Below are positions 1 to 13,600 of a stretch of DNA of 64,000 bases, piece after piece (the stretch's first letter is position 1; each line of letters begins with the position of its first letter). The position numbers and the translations under genes are program-made. The notes under the pieces were generated by a model. The model saw nothing but the letters and a program-made list of their open reading frames with translations. It ran no database searches and was not told where the DNA came from. The DNA lies in contig JBHGNT010000012.1 of assembly GCA_043228905.1 (NCBI GenBank), positions 1,550,001 to 1,614,000 on the forward strand, in the 5' to 3' direction. Origin of the DNA: Azolla caroliniana. Taxonomy: Eukaryota > Plantae > Polypodiophyta.

Positions 1-82
1 GAGTTGAATTGAACCGTTTAAACCGTTAAACCATAGTTTTTGCAAATCAATTCGGTTCAAACTGAACCGTTGCCAATTGCTA
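1..82. mobile_element. End of an AACCG/CGGTT-rich MITE-like repeat (partial, window edge)
   Basis: Clustered AACCG/CGGTTCAA motifs; a similar motif cluster occurs at 56928-57020. Classification is inference. Confidence 0.35.
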
Positions 83-235
83 GGTATGCCCAAGAGTGTG
101 CACTCATGAAATCGCATGGGGAAGGGGGACATTTACTACTTTTGTACGCTTAAATGTTGGTAAGAGATAAAGAAACAAGTGCCATGCCAGAAAAAGAGAC
201 AAAGGAATAAAGGCAAGGACAACATAATAGAAATT

Positions 236-484
236 GAAATAGGTAAGCATGAAAAAGGCCCTAAGGCATTGCAAAAACTATAAAAGACTTTTGTATGAGT
301 CTTTTTAGCATCTTCTTTTCATTTTGTAGAGCTAGGTTACAATTTAATATTTTCCTAATACCTAATTCCTAATTAAGTTATAATTAATTGAAATAGGTTA
401 GTATGAAAAAGGTCCTAAGGCATTGTAAAAGTTGGAAAAGACATTTGTATGAGTCTTTTTAGCTTCTTCTTTTCATTTTGTAGA
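236..484. repeat. Direct duplication of ~95 bp (period ~154 bp)
   Basis: gaaataggt..atgaaaaagg.cctaaggcattg...tcttcttttcattttgtaga at ~236-330 and ~390-484. Confidence 0.8.
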
Positions 485-1157
485 ACTGGGTCCCTAACTC
501 CTAATTGAATTACAATTAATTCTCTAAAGTTAAACTAATTAGAAAGTAGAATTCAAAGGCAATTAGGCTTCCATCTTAAATATTTGGGTCAACTATAACT
601 TATCGAGTTTTTTTAATGCCATTATTCATCTCTTTCCTTGATCTCTACTTATTAAGTTATTGAGAGTGATTCCACTGAAGTAAGTTTGTTTATGTGTATT
701 TGTTATTAGGTCTAGAGTTTGCATACTTCATTCATTAGTACTTGTATTAGGGCTTCACAACCAATTCTACTCGTCTTGTCAATAATAGAGTAGACTTTGT
801 CCCATCACCACAATTTTAGGTAAGACTTAACTATGAGAAGCTCGACAAATCACGCCGCAAATATGAAGATGGAAGTATTTACGGCCGACTCTAGAGACCA
901 AGTAAAATTTTTGAGAGGTGCAACTCTAACTACCGTAACTCTCAGACAACAAAACCCATCTTCCTTGGTTCAATTCCCCCTTGGTGCCTGCGGCTCACGT
1001 TTCACATGCATGCATGTAACTTTGCGACAACATAGGTTCCTAAATAAGATATAGGCTCTGCTCTAAATTGGACATAGGATCCTTCCCAATATGTACCTAA
1101 TCCAAGCTATCATTCCATGCATGCCCGCCCTTCTTCGTTTTGTTGTTGCTACCCCAA

Positions 1158-1377
1158 CTAAGGCCCAAGCCTTTTGTAAAAACTAGGCAATCTATCAATA
1201 TCTGTCACTAGTAAGGACAAACAGACGAACCAAGAGATCTGTCGCATTCTTCGTTGTTCCAAGAGGCCCGAATCTTTTGTAAAAACCAGACATCTATCTA
1301 CATATATCAATAGTCGCCAGGATGGACTGGCAGACCAAGAGACGAGTCGCATTCTTCGTTGTTTCGAGAGACCCAAT
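1158..1377. repeat. Diverged tandem duplication (~105 bp unit) in the FKBP promoter region
   Basis: ggccc...cttttgtaaaaac...gtcgcattcttcgttgtt occurs twice. Confidence 0.7.
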
Positions 1378-1457
1378 TATGTATGTATGTAGTGCCGGGT
1401 GTCCGTCGTGTGGGACCATGGGAGGCGGGCCAGGGGCCTCTCTCTCTTCATTTTGGT

Positions 1458-1488
<31 letters not shown>

Positions 1489-1661
1489 AAGAGTGCTTAT
1501 CTCTAAGCAATGGATAGATATAGTTACTTCACTTACTATATATGTATTTGAAGAAGAAGAAAGAAGAAGAAAGAAGAAAGAAGAAAGGAGAAGAAGATTG
1601 AAGGTCTGTCTATCTTCACCATCATCATCTTCATCTTCATCAAGCCCATCCATCCCTTCTA

Positions 1662-4600
1662 ATGGTGTCTACTTCCATGCTTCTCCTTCATCAAGGTAAG
1701 AAGAAGAAAGCAAGAAGAAGAAGAAGAAGAAGACGAAGAAGGAGACAATCCATGGCCGTCTCTGTTTTTCTTTGTGTATCCATATGTGAATCTATGGATG
1801 CTTTTCTAGATATATAGATTTATTGCTGTTTGTGTATAAATTTTTTCCCACGTTTGTCATTAACTCTGCTTCTTCTTCATGAAGGTCCATCTGCCCAGCT
1901 TAATGCGTCTCCGTTGCACCATGTGATCAAGTTTCCTTCTTCTTCTTCTTCGTCTTCTTCTTCTTCATCTTCTTCCCCTCGCAACAGAGGAGTGATGATG
2001 AAGCCATCGTGCAATAACGATAAGAATAAGAATAACGTAAAGAGACGAGATTTTTTGCAATTGCTCAGTGTGGGGACTGCCATTTCTACTACTTTTGATC
2101 ACAATGTCCGTTGGATCTATGGACGTGATGATGATGATTGTGCGATTGCTGCTGGCCTCCCTCAAGAAGAGCCTCTCAAGCTCTGTGATGCTTCTTGTGA
2201 GAAAGACCTTGAAAATGTATGTTGATCGCCAGTTTATTAATTTTTTTTCGTTCTCTCTTTGTTCAATGAAGCATTAATTCACACATTCCCTTTCAGAAAT
2301 TGATTATCTGTACGTTCAATCCCATTGTCTTTCCGCATTTAAGCTTTCATTCACATATTTCCTTGACAATGTAGTGTTTTGATTATTTGCACATAAATTC
2401 CATCTCCCTTGTGCATTCAACCATTAGCAAGCATAAATTTCATTCTGTCTTGTGTCTTTCTTTGATTAAGTATTATATTCATTGGTTTAGGTGTTTGTGG
2501 AAATCCCTAACAGCATTAAAACTTAGATATGCCATAATTTCTTTGGATGTAAGAATTTGTTTTCGCAGCCATCCTACATAGTGTAGTTTGTTCATGCTCA
2601 TTAGGAAACACTCAGACTGAAAAATTAAGTCATGTTGTTAGAAATGCAATGTCATCAATATACTTTAGCCTTATGGGTTGGCTAAATGTTTAAGTTGATG
2701 CTATTAAAACCCCATTATCTGGCGTTTCATTGGAAAGATCTTAGTTTCCAGATCACTATTGTAATCATCTGCATTTCAAGATAGGTGTTCATGATTGAAA
2801 GTTTGAATTTTTTTGAAAACAAGGATGTCATAAAATCATGATTCTAGTCCCAGATCATAATTGCTTTTAGTTTCTTAATTTTCTGAAATAATACAATTCA
2901 ATCAAGGAGACGTTTTCATCGATAAGAGGATGTTTACATTGAGCATAAGATGATCATGAATATATGTAATAGGCATCCAACCTTTATTCCACTTAACTAT
3001 ATATTATCAACTAACAATTTGAAAATAAATATATGTATTTGGAGACTCATGGTTCTAAATATTTTTGAGTTCTATCTACAGATTCCAACTGTCACAACTG
3101 AGTCTGGTCTTCAATACAAGGACATAAAAGTTGGTTCAGGGCCAAGTCCTCCGGTTGGTTATCAGGTTCGTTGACATTATCTTTTCCATGAAAGGGGAGA
3201 TCAGATTATATATATATGCACTATTTCTTGCTATGCCATTGCAAGTTCTCTTTTTCTGTGTATTCAAGTTTAATGAAGTATTCTCAACAGCGTCTGCTGG
3301 AGTTTTTTCATATTTCTTCCAATGTTGGATGGAGTGAATGAACAGCAAAATATTGCATGTTTTTCACTTGTTAAGTACGGCATCAGCAGGAGATTATTTG
3401 CATTCCTTCCAATGTTGGATGGTGTGAATGAGTGGCAAAATACTGGGAAAATATTGCATGTTTTTCACTTGTGAAGTAGTGGTGGAATATGTATTCTGTT
3501 TTCCAAGTACACAACTTTCAACTACAGAGATGCATAGATAGATATATCATCCTCTCTTAGTGACTATGCTTATTTCTACTGTTCTATTGACTTCTACAAA
3601 ATTTTGTGTTGCATTTAGTTATATGCAATTGTTTTACTTGAAACATTTGGCTGTATTACTGTAAAAATATCGTACATTGTTATATTTATAGGTTACTCGT
3701 AGTGTACCAACCCTATGATCTATATATGAAAATAAGGAGATAAAGAACAAAATCTCTACATGATGGTACTTAGTATTTACATGAACCAGTGGGAGGGGCT
3801 ATATGCTCATGGAGGCATGCAAACTGGGAAAACAGAGATGTTTTTGTCCAGTCACTTGGAATGTTGAACCAGCGGGAGAGGCTATATGCTCATGGAGGCA
3901 TGAACCAGTCACTTGGAAGGGAGTGTTGGGCGCTATTCAATGTCTAATTAGAGGTGTCTAATGTATAGGCAGCTTGTTGCTCTCATGTTTAATGAGGTGT
4001 TGTAAGAAGAATTCCCTGAGGAGTTGGACAATGGTACACTCATAGTCATAATCAAGTCTAGTGAGTCATCACCTTAGTAGAACAAGTATCACGCTGTCAT
4101 GATGGAAACATATTTGAGTTCTATGTTCCGCAATATTCTGAGCATGAGATTCAATATGGTGGATCACATACTTACGCTTATGAGCAATCATAGAGGAGCA
4201 GGGACAATGTACTTCAGTAAAGCTTTTTGACACCGTATTGAAAGAGTCATGTTTGAAGTCTCCATTGACCTCTTATATTGACTTGTATGTTGGATAATAC
4301 TTGAATCCAACCAATGTAATTTTCTTAGTCCTTTCAGGATGTAAAATCCTGCATTTATTTCTGTTTGTTAGTACAAATATAAGATTCTCTTTCGATGGAG
4401 GAGAATCTCTATATGTATCTCTCCATTCATTGGTTTCTCATTATATTGTTTTCAGGTTGCTGCAAATTACGTTGCCATGGTTCCATCTGGGAAAATCTTT
4501 GACAGGTACACATGGAATGAATGATTATAGTGTCATTTATTTTTATATCATTGGCTGTATACCTAGGAAGGGTCTAGCTGATGAATTAGCTATATTAAAA

Positions 4601-7600
4601 ACGTTCATTTTTTGGACTTTTTGATATAAATAAGGTTTTCTAGTGATAGGGGGATAACTGCTTTATCAAGATCTGGTCATAGGTTTTTAATTACAATCTG
4701 CTACTTGTGAACTAAGATTTTGTGAGGAAAAAATGGACCATGGTCTCAAAATTCTTTTCAGGAGAAATGATTTTTCTAGCATTTTAAGTTCTACGGGCGT
4801 GACTCATACAGAATATAACTTTTCATCTGTTTGTTTTTTGTTAACTAGTTCATTAGAGAAAGGAACACCATACATATTTCGAGTTGGCTCAGGACAGGTC
4901 ATTTAACAATTAACTTTGCTTCCAAATATTCATGATGATAAAGTTGTGTCGTGCTTTAATCTTGTGAAGATCAAAACTCTATATAGGTTGTCAAGGGTTT
5001 AGATGAAGGAATTTTGAGTATGAAAGTTGGTGGGAAACGTCGCATATATGTACCCGGACAGGTACCATGATCATATTCTTTTGAATATTCATGTTTTTTA
5101 TTTCTTCTCTCTTCTAAGTACAACTCTATGCATTTTTTTATTAGGTTTTTGGTGCTCAACAAGAACAATGCCTCTAGATCTGTCTTATTTTTAGATTTAG
5201 CGTAATTGTGAAAAGAAACTTTAGGAAAGAGAAGCCTTGTCGGATTGTTTCACACATGCAATTTCGGCCTCTTCAAATCTGATAGTATATCTTCTTTCTT
5301 TCTTCCTCCCCTCTCATATCATAACTTCTTTCTTCATTCAATTTCTCTTTTTCTACTCTTTCCGAGAATAGATGGGAGCATCCCTAATAGTGAGCGAAGC
5401 ACTACTCTGTTTAGGAACTGGTATTTGTTGGAGGATGGCAGCTCCAGACCTCCACTCTCTTTCATCTTTATTATCTGTCTTCAACATTCTCTCTCTAGAA
5501 TCTACGACTTTAAATGCCTTCTCTCTCTTCCACTTTTCCAAGATATTCCCTCTTATTCCTCATTTGTTGTACCTTTTTGGTGGTACAAGATTCACTTAAC
5601 TAGCAAACAACCATTTCACCCATGTTCCCCAATTTTGTATAAATAGGCTATACTAGCCACTTTTATAAGAACTTTATTTTTGCTGCTACTTACAAACAGG
5701 CTCTGCTCTTCGGCTGTATCTCTACTCTTTGCAACTATTTTGCTATTGCTGTCTAACATCCTTCTCACAGCTTGGCCGTGTCTATTTTTTCTAACAACTG
5801 TCCCGTTGTTACACACATGGTATCAGAGTTGTGAGGTAGTAAACAGTGATGCTACTACACACATGACTAATGGCAAATCTATTTTATATAATGTCAAACC
5901 CAACTCCTCTGAAAGCTTTCCACCATTTCTACTCTCAAAGAGGGGCACTGCTCGCCAATTTTCTACACCCAATACAGTGTGGTAGAAATGAAGAATCAGG
6001 CAGTCCAAGAGATGGCTCGTGCAATGCTCTCATCTGATCTTTCTTTCTTGGTTTGGGGTGAAGCTGTCAACACAACAATCTACATCATTGATTGCTGTCC
6101 AACTAAAGCAATGCTACAGTGACCCATTCAGAAGCATTTACAGGTTTAAAACCCTCAATTTCTCATTTAAAAGTCTTTGGTTGTGATGCTTATTTTCACA
6201 TTTCAGATCATAAATGGACTAAAATTGAGTCCAAAACCAAGAAATGTAAGTTTCTTGGTTACAACACACAATCTAAAGCTTACAGGTTATGGGATCTAGA
6301 ATCAAAGTCCTTAGTCATCTTTAGGGATGCTCATTTTGTGGAGTCTAAGCTGGATGACTCTAGGATTTTACTTGAGTTAATGGTTGAAATCCCAGCTGCC
6401 CCGAAATCTCCTAGTCTAGGTGAAGATGTCTCACCGTCAAGCCCCCATCTCCTCCCACTCCTACTCAAACTCCAAGTCCACCACTTTTCTACCAACATGA
6501 AAAGAACATGCAGGTCATAATGGCTTCTTTACTCATGCAACTTTGCCTTATTGTACACTCTTGTGCAATCGCAAGGTCCCACTACAACAAAGGAGACTCT
6601 TGTTCTTCCGAAGTGGAAAGCGACAATGGAAGTTGAACTTTATTCCATTGAGTGGAATCACACGTGGGAGCTTGTCCCTTGGCCTCAACATAGGCAAGTC
6701 ATTGGATTGAAATGGATTATCAAGAACAAGTACCATGTTGAAGGTACTTTGGATAAGCATAAGGCATGCTTAGTTGCAAAGGCTACTCACAATTGGAAGG
6801 ATTGCACTATGAGGAAACTTTTGCTCCAACAACAAGGTACACCTCTATTCAATGTGCACTTGCATTTGCGCACAACAAATGGCCGATCTTTCAAATGAAT
6901 GTCAAGTCAACCTTCCGTAATGGTGACTTCAAGAGGAAGTTTATGTAGAACAACCTCCAGGTTTCAAGATTTAAGAGTGGAAAACCTTGGTCTACATGTT
7001 ACATAGTCTTGTATGGTTTAAAGCAAGTTCCCAAAGCTTGGCATGACAAAATTGATGCATTGTTTCTCTCTTGGGTTTCAACACTATTTTGTTGACAACA
7101 ATCTCTATGTCTTTTCCCAAGATGATTTGTTATGCTTCATCATATTATATGTTGATAACCTTCTAATTATAGGGTCCCTTGTGTGAGAAAAGCTGTTAAT
7201 AGCAGCAATGGAAAAATTAGAATAAAATAGACACAGCCAAGCTGTGAGAAGGCTGTTAGACAACAATAGAAAAAATGGTTGCAAAGAGTAGAGACATAGC
7301 CAAAGAGTTGTGCTTGTTTCTAAGTAGTAGCAGAAAATAATCTTATTACAAAAGAGGCTGGTATAAGCCTATTTATACAAAATTGGGAATGGTTGTTTGG
7401 TAGTTAAGAGACTCTTGTACTACCAAACAGGTACAATAAACTAGGAATAAAAAGGGAATATCTTGGAAAAATTGGAAGAGACAAAAGGCATTTAAAGCAT
7501 TGCAGATTCTAGAGAGAGAAGAATCTGAGAAGAGAGAATGTAGTACAGAGATAATAAAGATGAAAGAGAGTGCAAGTTTGGAGTTGCCACCCTCCAACGC

Positions 7601-10600
7601 CTCCTCTCAGCTCTAGAACGGCCATCAAACATTGAGTCGACCGAGGAGCTGATTAATGGCATGCCTTGGTAGCGGGAAAAAAAAACATAGAGATTGTTGT
7701 CAGCATAACAGTTTTGAAACCTAAGAGAGAGAAAAAAGGTGTCAATTTTGTCATGCCAAGCTTTGGGAACTTGCTTTAAGCCATACAAGGCTTTGTGGAA
7801 CTTGTAGACCATGTTTTTTTGCTCTGAAATCTCAAAACCTAGAGGCTGTTCAACATCAACCTCCTCCATGTCTCAATTAAGGCAGGCTGACTTGACATTC
7901 ATTTGAAAGATGGGCCATTTGTTGTGAGCAACAAGTGCAAGCGCACATCGAATAGAGGTGTACCTTGCTGTTGGAGCAAAAGTTTCCTCGTAATCCACTC
8001 ATTTGACTTGTGAGTAGCCTTTTGCAACTAAACGTGCCTTGTACTTATCCAAAGTACCATCAACATGGTACTTGGTCTTGAAAATCCATTTCAGTCCAAT
8101 GACTTGTCGATGTTGAGGCCTTGGAACCAGCTCCCATGTATGATTCCGCTCAATGGAATCAAGTTCAACTTCCATTGCGGCTTTCCTCTTTGGAAGAACA
8201 TTGTTCCTCTTTTGCTGTTGTGGGTTCTTGTGATTGTCCAACAGTGCACAGTAAGGCAAAGTTGCATGAGTGAGGAGGCCGTTGTGACTTACGTGTTCGA
8301 GAACCACATGTATACTCATGAAGTTCAGCATCGGAGAGATGAGAATCATGAATGGTGGCTTGAAGCCACTTGGGAAGTGGTGGAAGCTGGTTTGTAGTGG
8401 GAGGGCAAACACGTGGAGTTGAGGGAGAGGTTTGAATTGTTGGCGAAGTTAGAGATTGAGTAGGAGGAGATGGGGGGCTTGAAGGTGAGACATGTTCGTC
8501 TAAAATAAGAGATTCGGGAGGAGCCGGGATTTCAACCGTGAACTTAGGTGAAATCCTAGAATCATCCGGTTGAGACTCCACAAAATGAACATCCCTAGAG
8601 ATGACTAAGGACTTTGACTCTAAATCCCAAAACCTCTATGCTTTAGATTGTGTTGTAACCAAGAAATTTGCATTTCTTGGTTTTGGACTCAAATTTCATC
8701 CTTTTATGATCTGAAATGTGAACATAAGCATCACAACCAAAGACGTTAAAATGAGATATTGAGGGCTTTACACCTGTAAATGCTTATGCAGGCGTCATTC
8801 CAACAACTGCTTTTGTTTTTGTGGGCAGCAATTGATGATGTAGACTGTTGTGTTGACAGCTTCACCCCAAAACGAGAGAGGAAGATCAGATTGAGATAAC
8901 ATCGTACGAGCCATCTCTTGGACTGTCCGGTTCTTCCTTTCCACGACTCCATTTTGTTGAGGAGTATTGGGTGTAGAAAATTGGCAGCAGTGTTGCACGA
9001 TGATAGGGCTTAGCCGTGTTGCACGTTTGACGGGTCAAATTAATCCCACCCGAAGGAGCTTATCAATTTCCTCTTTGTCTTTGGCCGCGTAATTGGGACT
9101 CGTTCAGTAACGGCGCTGCTGCACGGGTCGGGCATCACGCTTCAAATTGATTTGGTGCTAGAAGTATCGCGGATTTAACCCTTTCATATCGCTGTAAGAC
9201 CAGGCAAAGACATCCTGATACTCCGTGAACAGTCTTACCAACGCCAAACGTTCGTGGGGGGGTAGTTCCTTTGCTATTTTCAGGGATCTCGGGTCTGTGG
9301 TGGTACCGAGATTGATTTCTTCCAGAGTGGACGCCTTCACCCGTTGTGAGATGGCTAATTCTCGTTCGAGCTCGTCGCATGCATGGTGTAATTTTTCGAT
9401 CAATCTTGGATCAGGTTCTCGGCCTATATCTTGCTCTTCTTCCGCTGGCTCGAAAACATAAGGGCCGACGGCTGTTACGATATCAATATCGAACAACGGA
9501 ACAATCCTCGGGTGATCCTCCAGGAAGTGGCCCACATAGTCCATTGAGCATGTGGACACCTTCCGCATACAAGGGAGTGGTGTCCTGTGGGGTGCGGATT
9601 TGCTCCTCCGTGGCGACACGTACCTTGGTTTTCCCGTGTCGGAATGATATCATTTTGCGCTGCCAGTGCTGCTTAATGTTGGCCGTGCGTAAGCAGGGAC
9701 AGACGAACAGCATTGGGTAGGCGCCAGGAGCATCCAGCCGTAACACCACTGCCGAAATCGTGAATGTGTGGCCTCCGAGGATGAAGTCGAGGTGTCGGAT
9801 TAAACCCATCGGTCTGATGGATCGTGTATCTGCCATCCGAAACCAAAATGGGCATGGTTCCCATTGGGTAATGCCGAAAACTCGGCAAGTGGCCTTGCTG
9901 ATGACATTGACCGTCGATCCACTGTCGATAATGCAACCGTGAACATCCCGCCATTTAATAATGAGTTTTACGGCGGGGTTTTGGGAATCCATTAGTGGTG
10001 GTCTTGCATTCGGCTCAGCAAGGTGCACGCGCATGGTCTTCTGATCTTTCCCGGTGGTCAAGGAAACCACCGTGTCCTTGAACCGTGGAAGTAAATGCAG
10101 AAGCTTATTTAGGGGCATTGATATCTGGCAGCTAGTAAGTGCTTGCCAAGTGGGATCCTCGTCCAGCGAATCGGTGGGGTGGGAGGAAGGCGATGCACCG
10201 ATAGTGATTTCCTTCATCTCGGTATTCATGTGGTCGACGTTTGCGTTATTAGATTTCTCGATCCAATCCTTCGCGGCTTGCCGGACTTCATCTTGGACTT
10301 CCCATTGCATGTGTTGTGCCTTGCTTCTTGTTGTGACCTGTTGGACTTCGGCCATAATGATATTTACTGTGGGTCCTTTGCCATGATCACTGACCGGACT
10401 CTGTGTGGCATAATGCCCTGGTTGATTACAGTTAAAACACATGACCGGCGCCGAGTTGCTTGATTCCCCTTGCTCAAATTGAGTTGTTTGATACCGTTGG
10501 GAGTTTTCTTCTCTGGGCGGCGCGGCGTATTGCTGTGCTCAGTGGGAGTCATCGTAAGGCTCGGTCAAGGCGACCAACGATGGTCTGGACGCGGTGGGTC

Positions 10601-13600
10601 TTGGCGTTGATTATCTGGAGGTTGTTGATTATTTCCCGATTGCTGATGACCTTGATTATGTTGGGGAGGCTGCTGATCGTGCCTTTGGTTGGAACGATGT
10701 CTTGGTTCGTAATCGTCGTTCTAATCGTAGTAGTCGTCTACTGGTCGATAGCGGTCCTCCCTAGGCCGATAACGATCTTCCTTGGGCTGGTACCGATTGT
10801 TTGGCCGATAGCGATCCTCCTCGGTCCTATACCTCTCGTCATGTTGGTATCGATCATCGTATTGGGCCGCTCGGCTTCCCGAAATCTAGGTGGCGGATGA
10901 TTATGATCCTCCTGTCGAGGACGATTGTGGCGGGGTTCGATTTGGCATACCGGGGCAGCGGTTGTGTGAACAAGAGCGAACACCGGAGGCTACGATACAA
11001 CAGCTGAACGCCGAGGACCACCTAGTGGCACCAACAGACAGTCAAACGACCGAGGAACAACCGACACACCTCGAGCAGGCGGTCGAGTTCGACACTAAAG
11101 TAGATGACTTGCAGCAATCACCGAGCATCTTGCACATTTTTTATGAAGAGTAAATAAAGATCCATAGTTTTGGCAAGGACATTCTTTTCGATTATGTTAT
11201 TTTTGGGTTCGACGTGCAAGGCACTGTCCCACGGGCGTGACAGGTGTTAACCAGTGGGACAAGGGTGACAAGGTGTGAAACGAACAAAGGGAGCGAAGTA
11301 CCACAAACAACCGAAAAAAGAAAGCTGAGTAGCGTAAAAAAGGCATACAAAGACTATAAAATTGAAGGAGCAGGGGACCGAAGAAGGGAGAGGATAGATC
11401 GTCATTAGACTAAGATTAGAGAGAGAGTGAGTGCTTACCGATAATCGGTACTTGTATCCGAGTGTATACACTTTAATCGAATATACTTCTTGTGGGCAAC
11501 TCAAGTGTTTGTTTTTAAGTCTAGTATATAAGTACTGTCTGTGTAAGAGTTGTGTTCTAGGATCGGTTGTAGCCGATATCCCGGAAATACTTTTCTTTGT
11601 TCTATCATTTGTACTCCATATAAGTGGAACGGTCTAAATAATGGCCTATAGGTCTCACTAGTACAGGGAAATCCGTATACTGGGTGACAACTCGGAGAAC
11701 AGTCTCTGTGATCCCAATTTCTTATTCGTGCCACCATACCTTATTCCGATTACCTAGGAGGAGTAATCGAAGGTGTTTCCTCCAGTAGAGAGTAACACAC
11801 ATTAGTTAAGAAATTGACTTACACGGTTGTGGAATCAGAAGAATATTATGTTTGCCTTTTTACTATTTTTTATGAAAAAGAGAGATACCATTGCCTCTTC
11901 ACTTACGGCTTTATCTCATTATGTAAGGCAATGGAATACACAAATTACCTAGGAGGAGTAATCGAAGGTGTTTCCTCTGGTAGGGAGTAACACACATTAG
12001 TTAAGAAATTGACTTACACGGTTGTGGAATCAGAAGAATATTATGTTTGCCTTTTTACTATTTTTTATGAAAAAGAGAGATACCATTGCCTCTTCAATTA
12101 AGGCTTTATCTCATTATGTAAGGCAATGGAATACACAAATTAACAATGATTGGGACTGTTCTTACTAGAGCTCAAGTGACATAACAAGAAGTTTTTTAAG
12201 GACAACAATACGACACATTAACTCATCAATAAAGAACCATCACAACTATCTTTAGTTCTATTATTCATCATATAAGTCAATTGAGGGCTGCATAAGTACG
12301 GTCTCAACCACAATGTTCAAAAGGGGTCATAATAAAGTGGGAAATAGCAATTTGTTGTGCATGTAGGCCAGACCCATCTAGACCAGAACTCTGTCATCCC
12401 CTGCCATGGACAAATAAAGGCCAGTATTACGTGACCACAAAGGTGCTTTTGCCTCAAAGGACTCTCCACCTTGGATTGTTCCATGATGGGACCTTTTGAT
12501 GCGAAGATTTGAGTCCATCTAAGCTTAGAATATCTCGCTAACAATACTGTTTGGTACCTCGGGAAATTCTATTAAGTTGCATTAATTCTATTTGTTCTAA
12601 AGAATGAGAGAACATTTTAAGATGTAAATTCTTGCGTTGCCTCAGAGCCATTCTGGCTTCTTAAAAGATTCTAATATATCTTTCTTTCTACTCTCTGCTA
12701 CGAAATTCTTCGGACATGCTCATGAAGCTTTGTTAGACCTTGTTGGAATATCATCCATTGTAACTCATGACTCACATCCTGAGATTTCTAAGGGTTAGTG
12801 GTGACATAGGTTCCTTCCCATGATTGAGTTGCCGCATGGATTAAAGGAGTGCCCAAGTTAGGCAAGTCACTCCGTAAAGTACATAAAGTTGGTGGTTAAG
12901 ATGGGAGTTTGCATTTTTAAACCAAGACATGTGTAGCTTCCATTTTGGTTCAGATGTAGACAATCAGCCAGTAAGAACACTGCCGAAATAGCTACCAAGA
13001 AGATAGCTCTGTTATACAAGAAAACATTTTTAGGTCACAGACTCTGTAAGGATCCATAATTGCTTACCATTTTTGTGCTGATCACTAATGATGAGATGAG
13101 CCCAACTTTCATGCCTTGGCCCCACAATACAGAAGTGGCCCAGATTCTTTTAGTCCAGGAGGTGCAATGGTGGGTAGCAGTGATGTGTTATAGGAACCAT
13201 ACTTTATCGCAATACCTGAAATTTAGGAAGGTGTCCACTTGGTCCTTATGCCTTTCCTGGCGAAATCTCCATAAACCTCCGCGATTTTCCATGCCCATTC
13301 TTCCATGGAAAGGTTTATGAGCTTGCAAGCATAGTATGAACCATACATGCATTCGCATTTGAGTATGTTTTGTTCATTCGAGTATGGTAAACACCCTCGA
13401 CATATGGTAAATACCATACCTTTGTATTCATGTTTTACTGTAAGGTAAAACTTTTTTTAAGGTAAAAAAGAGAAAATAATAATAATAACATAAAAAAGAA
13501 AATATAAGTATGTTTTCATAACATATACATTCGTTTGCAAATGTATGAAAACGAATGTTTGAGCAAAAGAATGCGAATATTACGTTCTATGTTTGCAAGT

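Noticed and set aside
1294-1699. ORFs of 119-125 aa upstream of FKBP
   Set aside because: Products of CT/GAA/TCA microsatellites in the 5' leader.
11205-11244. Bona fide tRNA gene (also 33779-33818)
   Set aside because: Only the T-loop and 3' acceptor strand are present; there is no D or anticodon arm, and an 11-nt hairpin interrupts the T arm.
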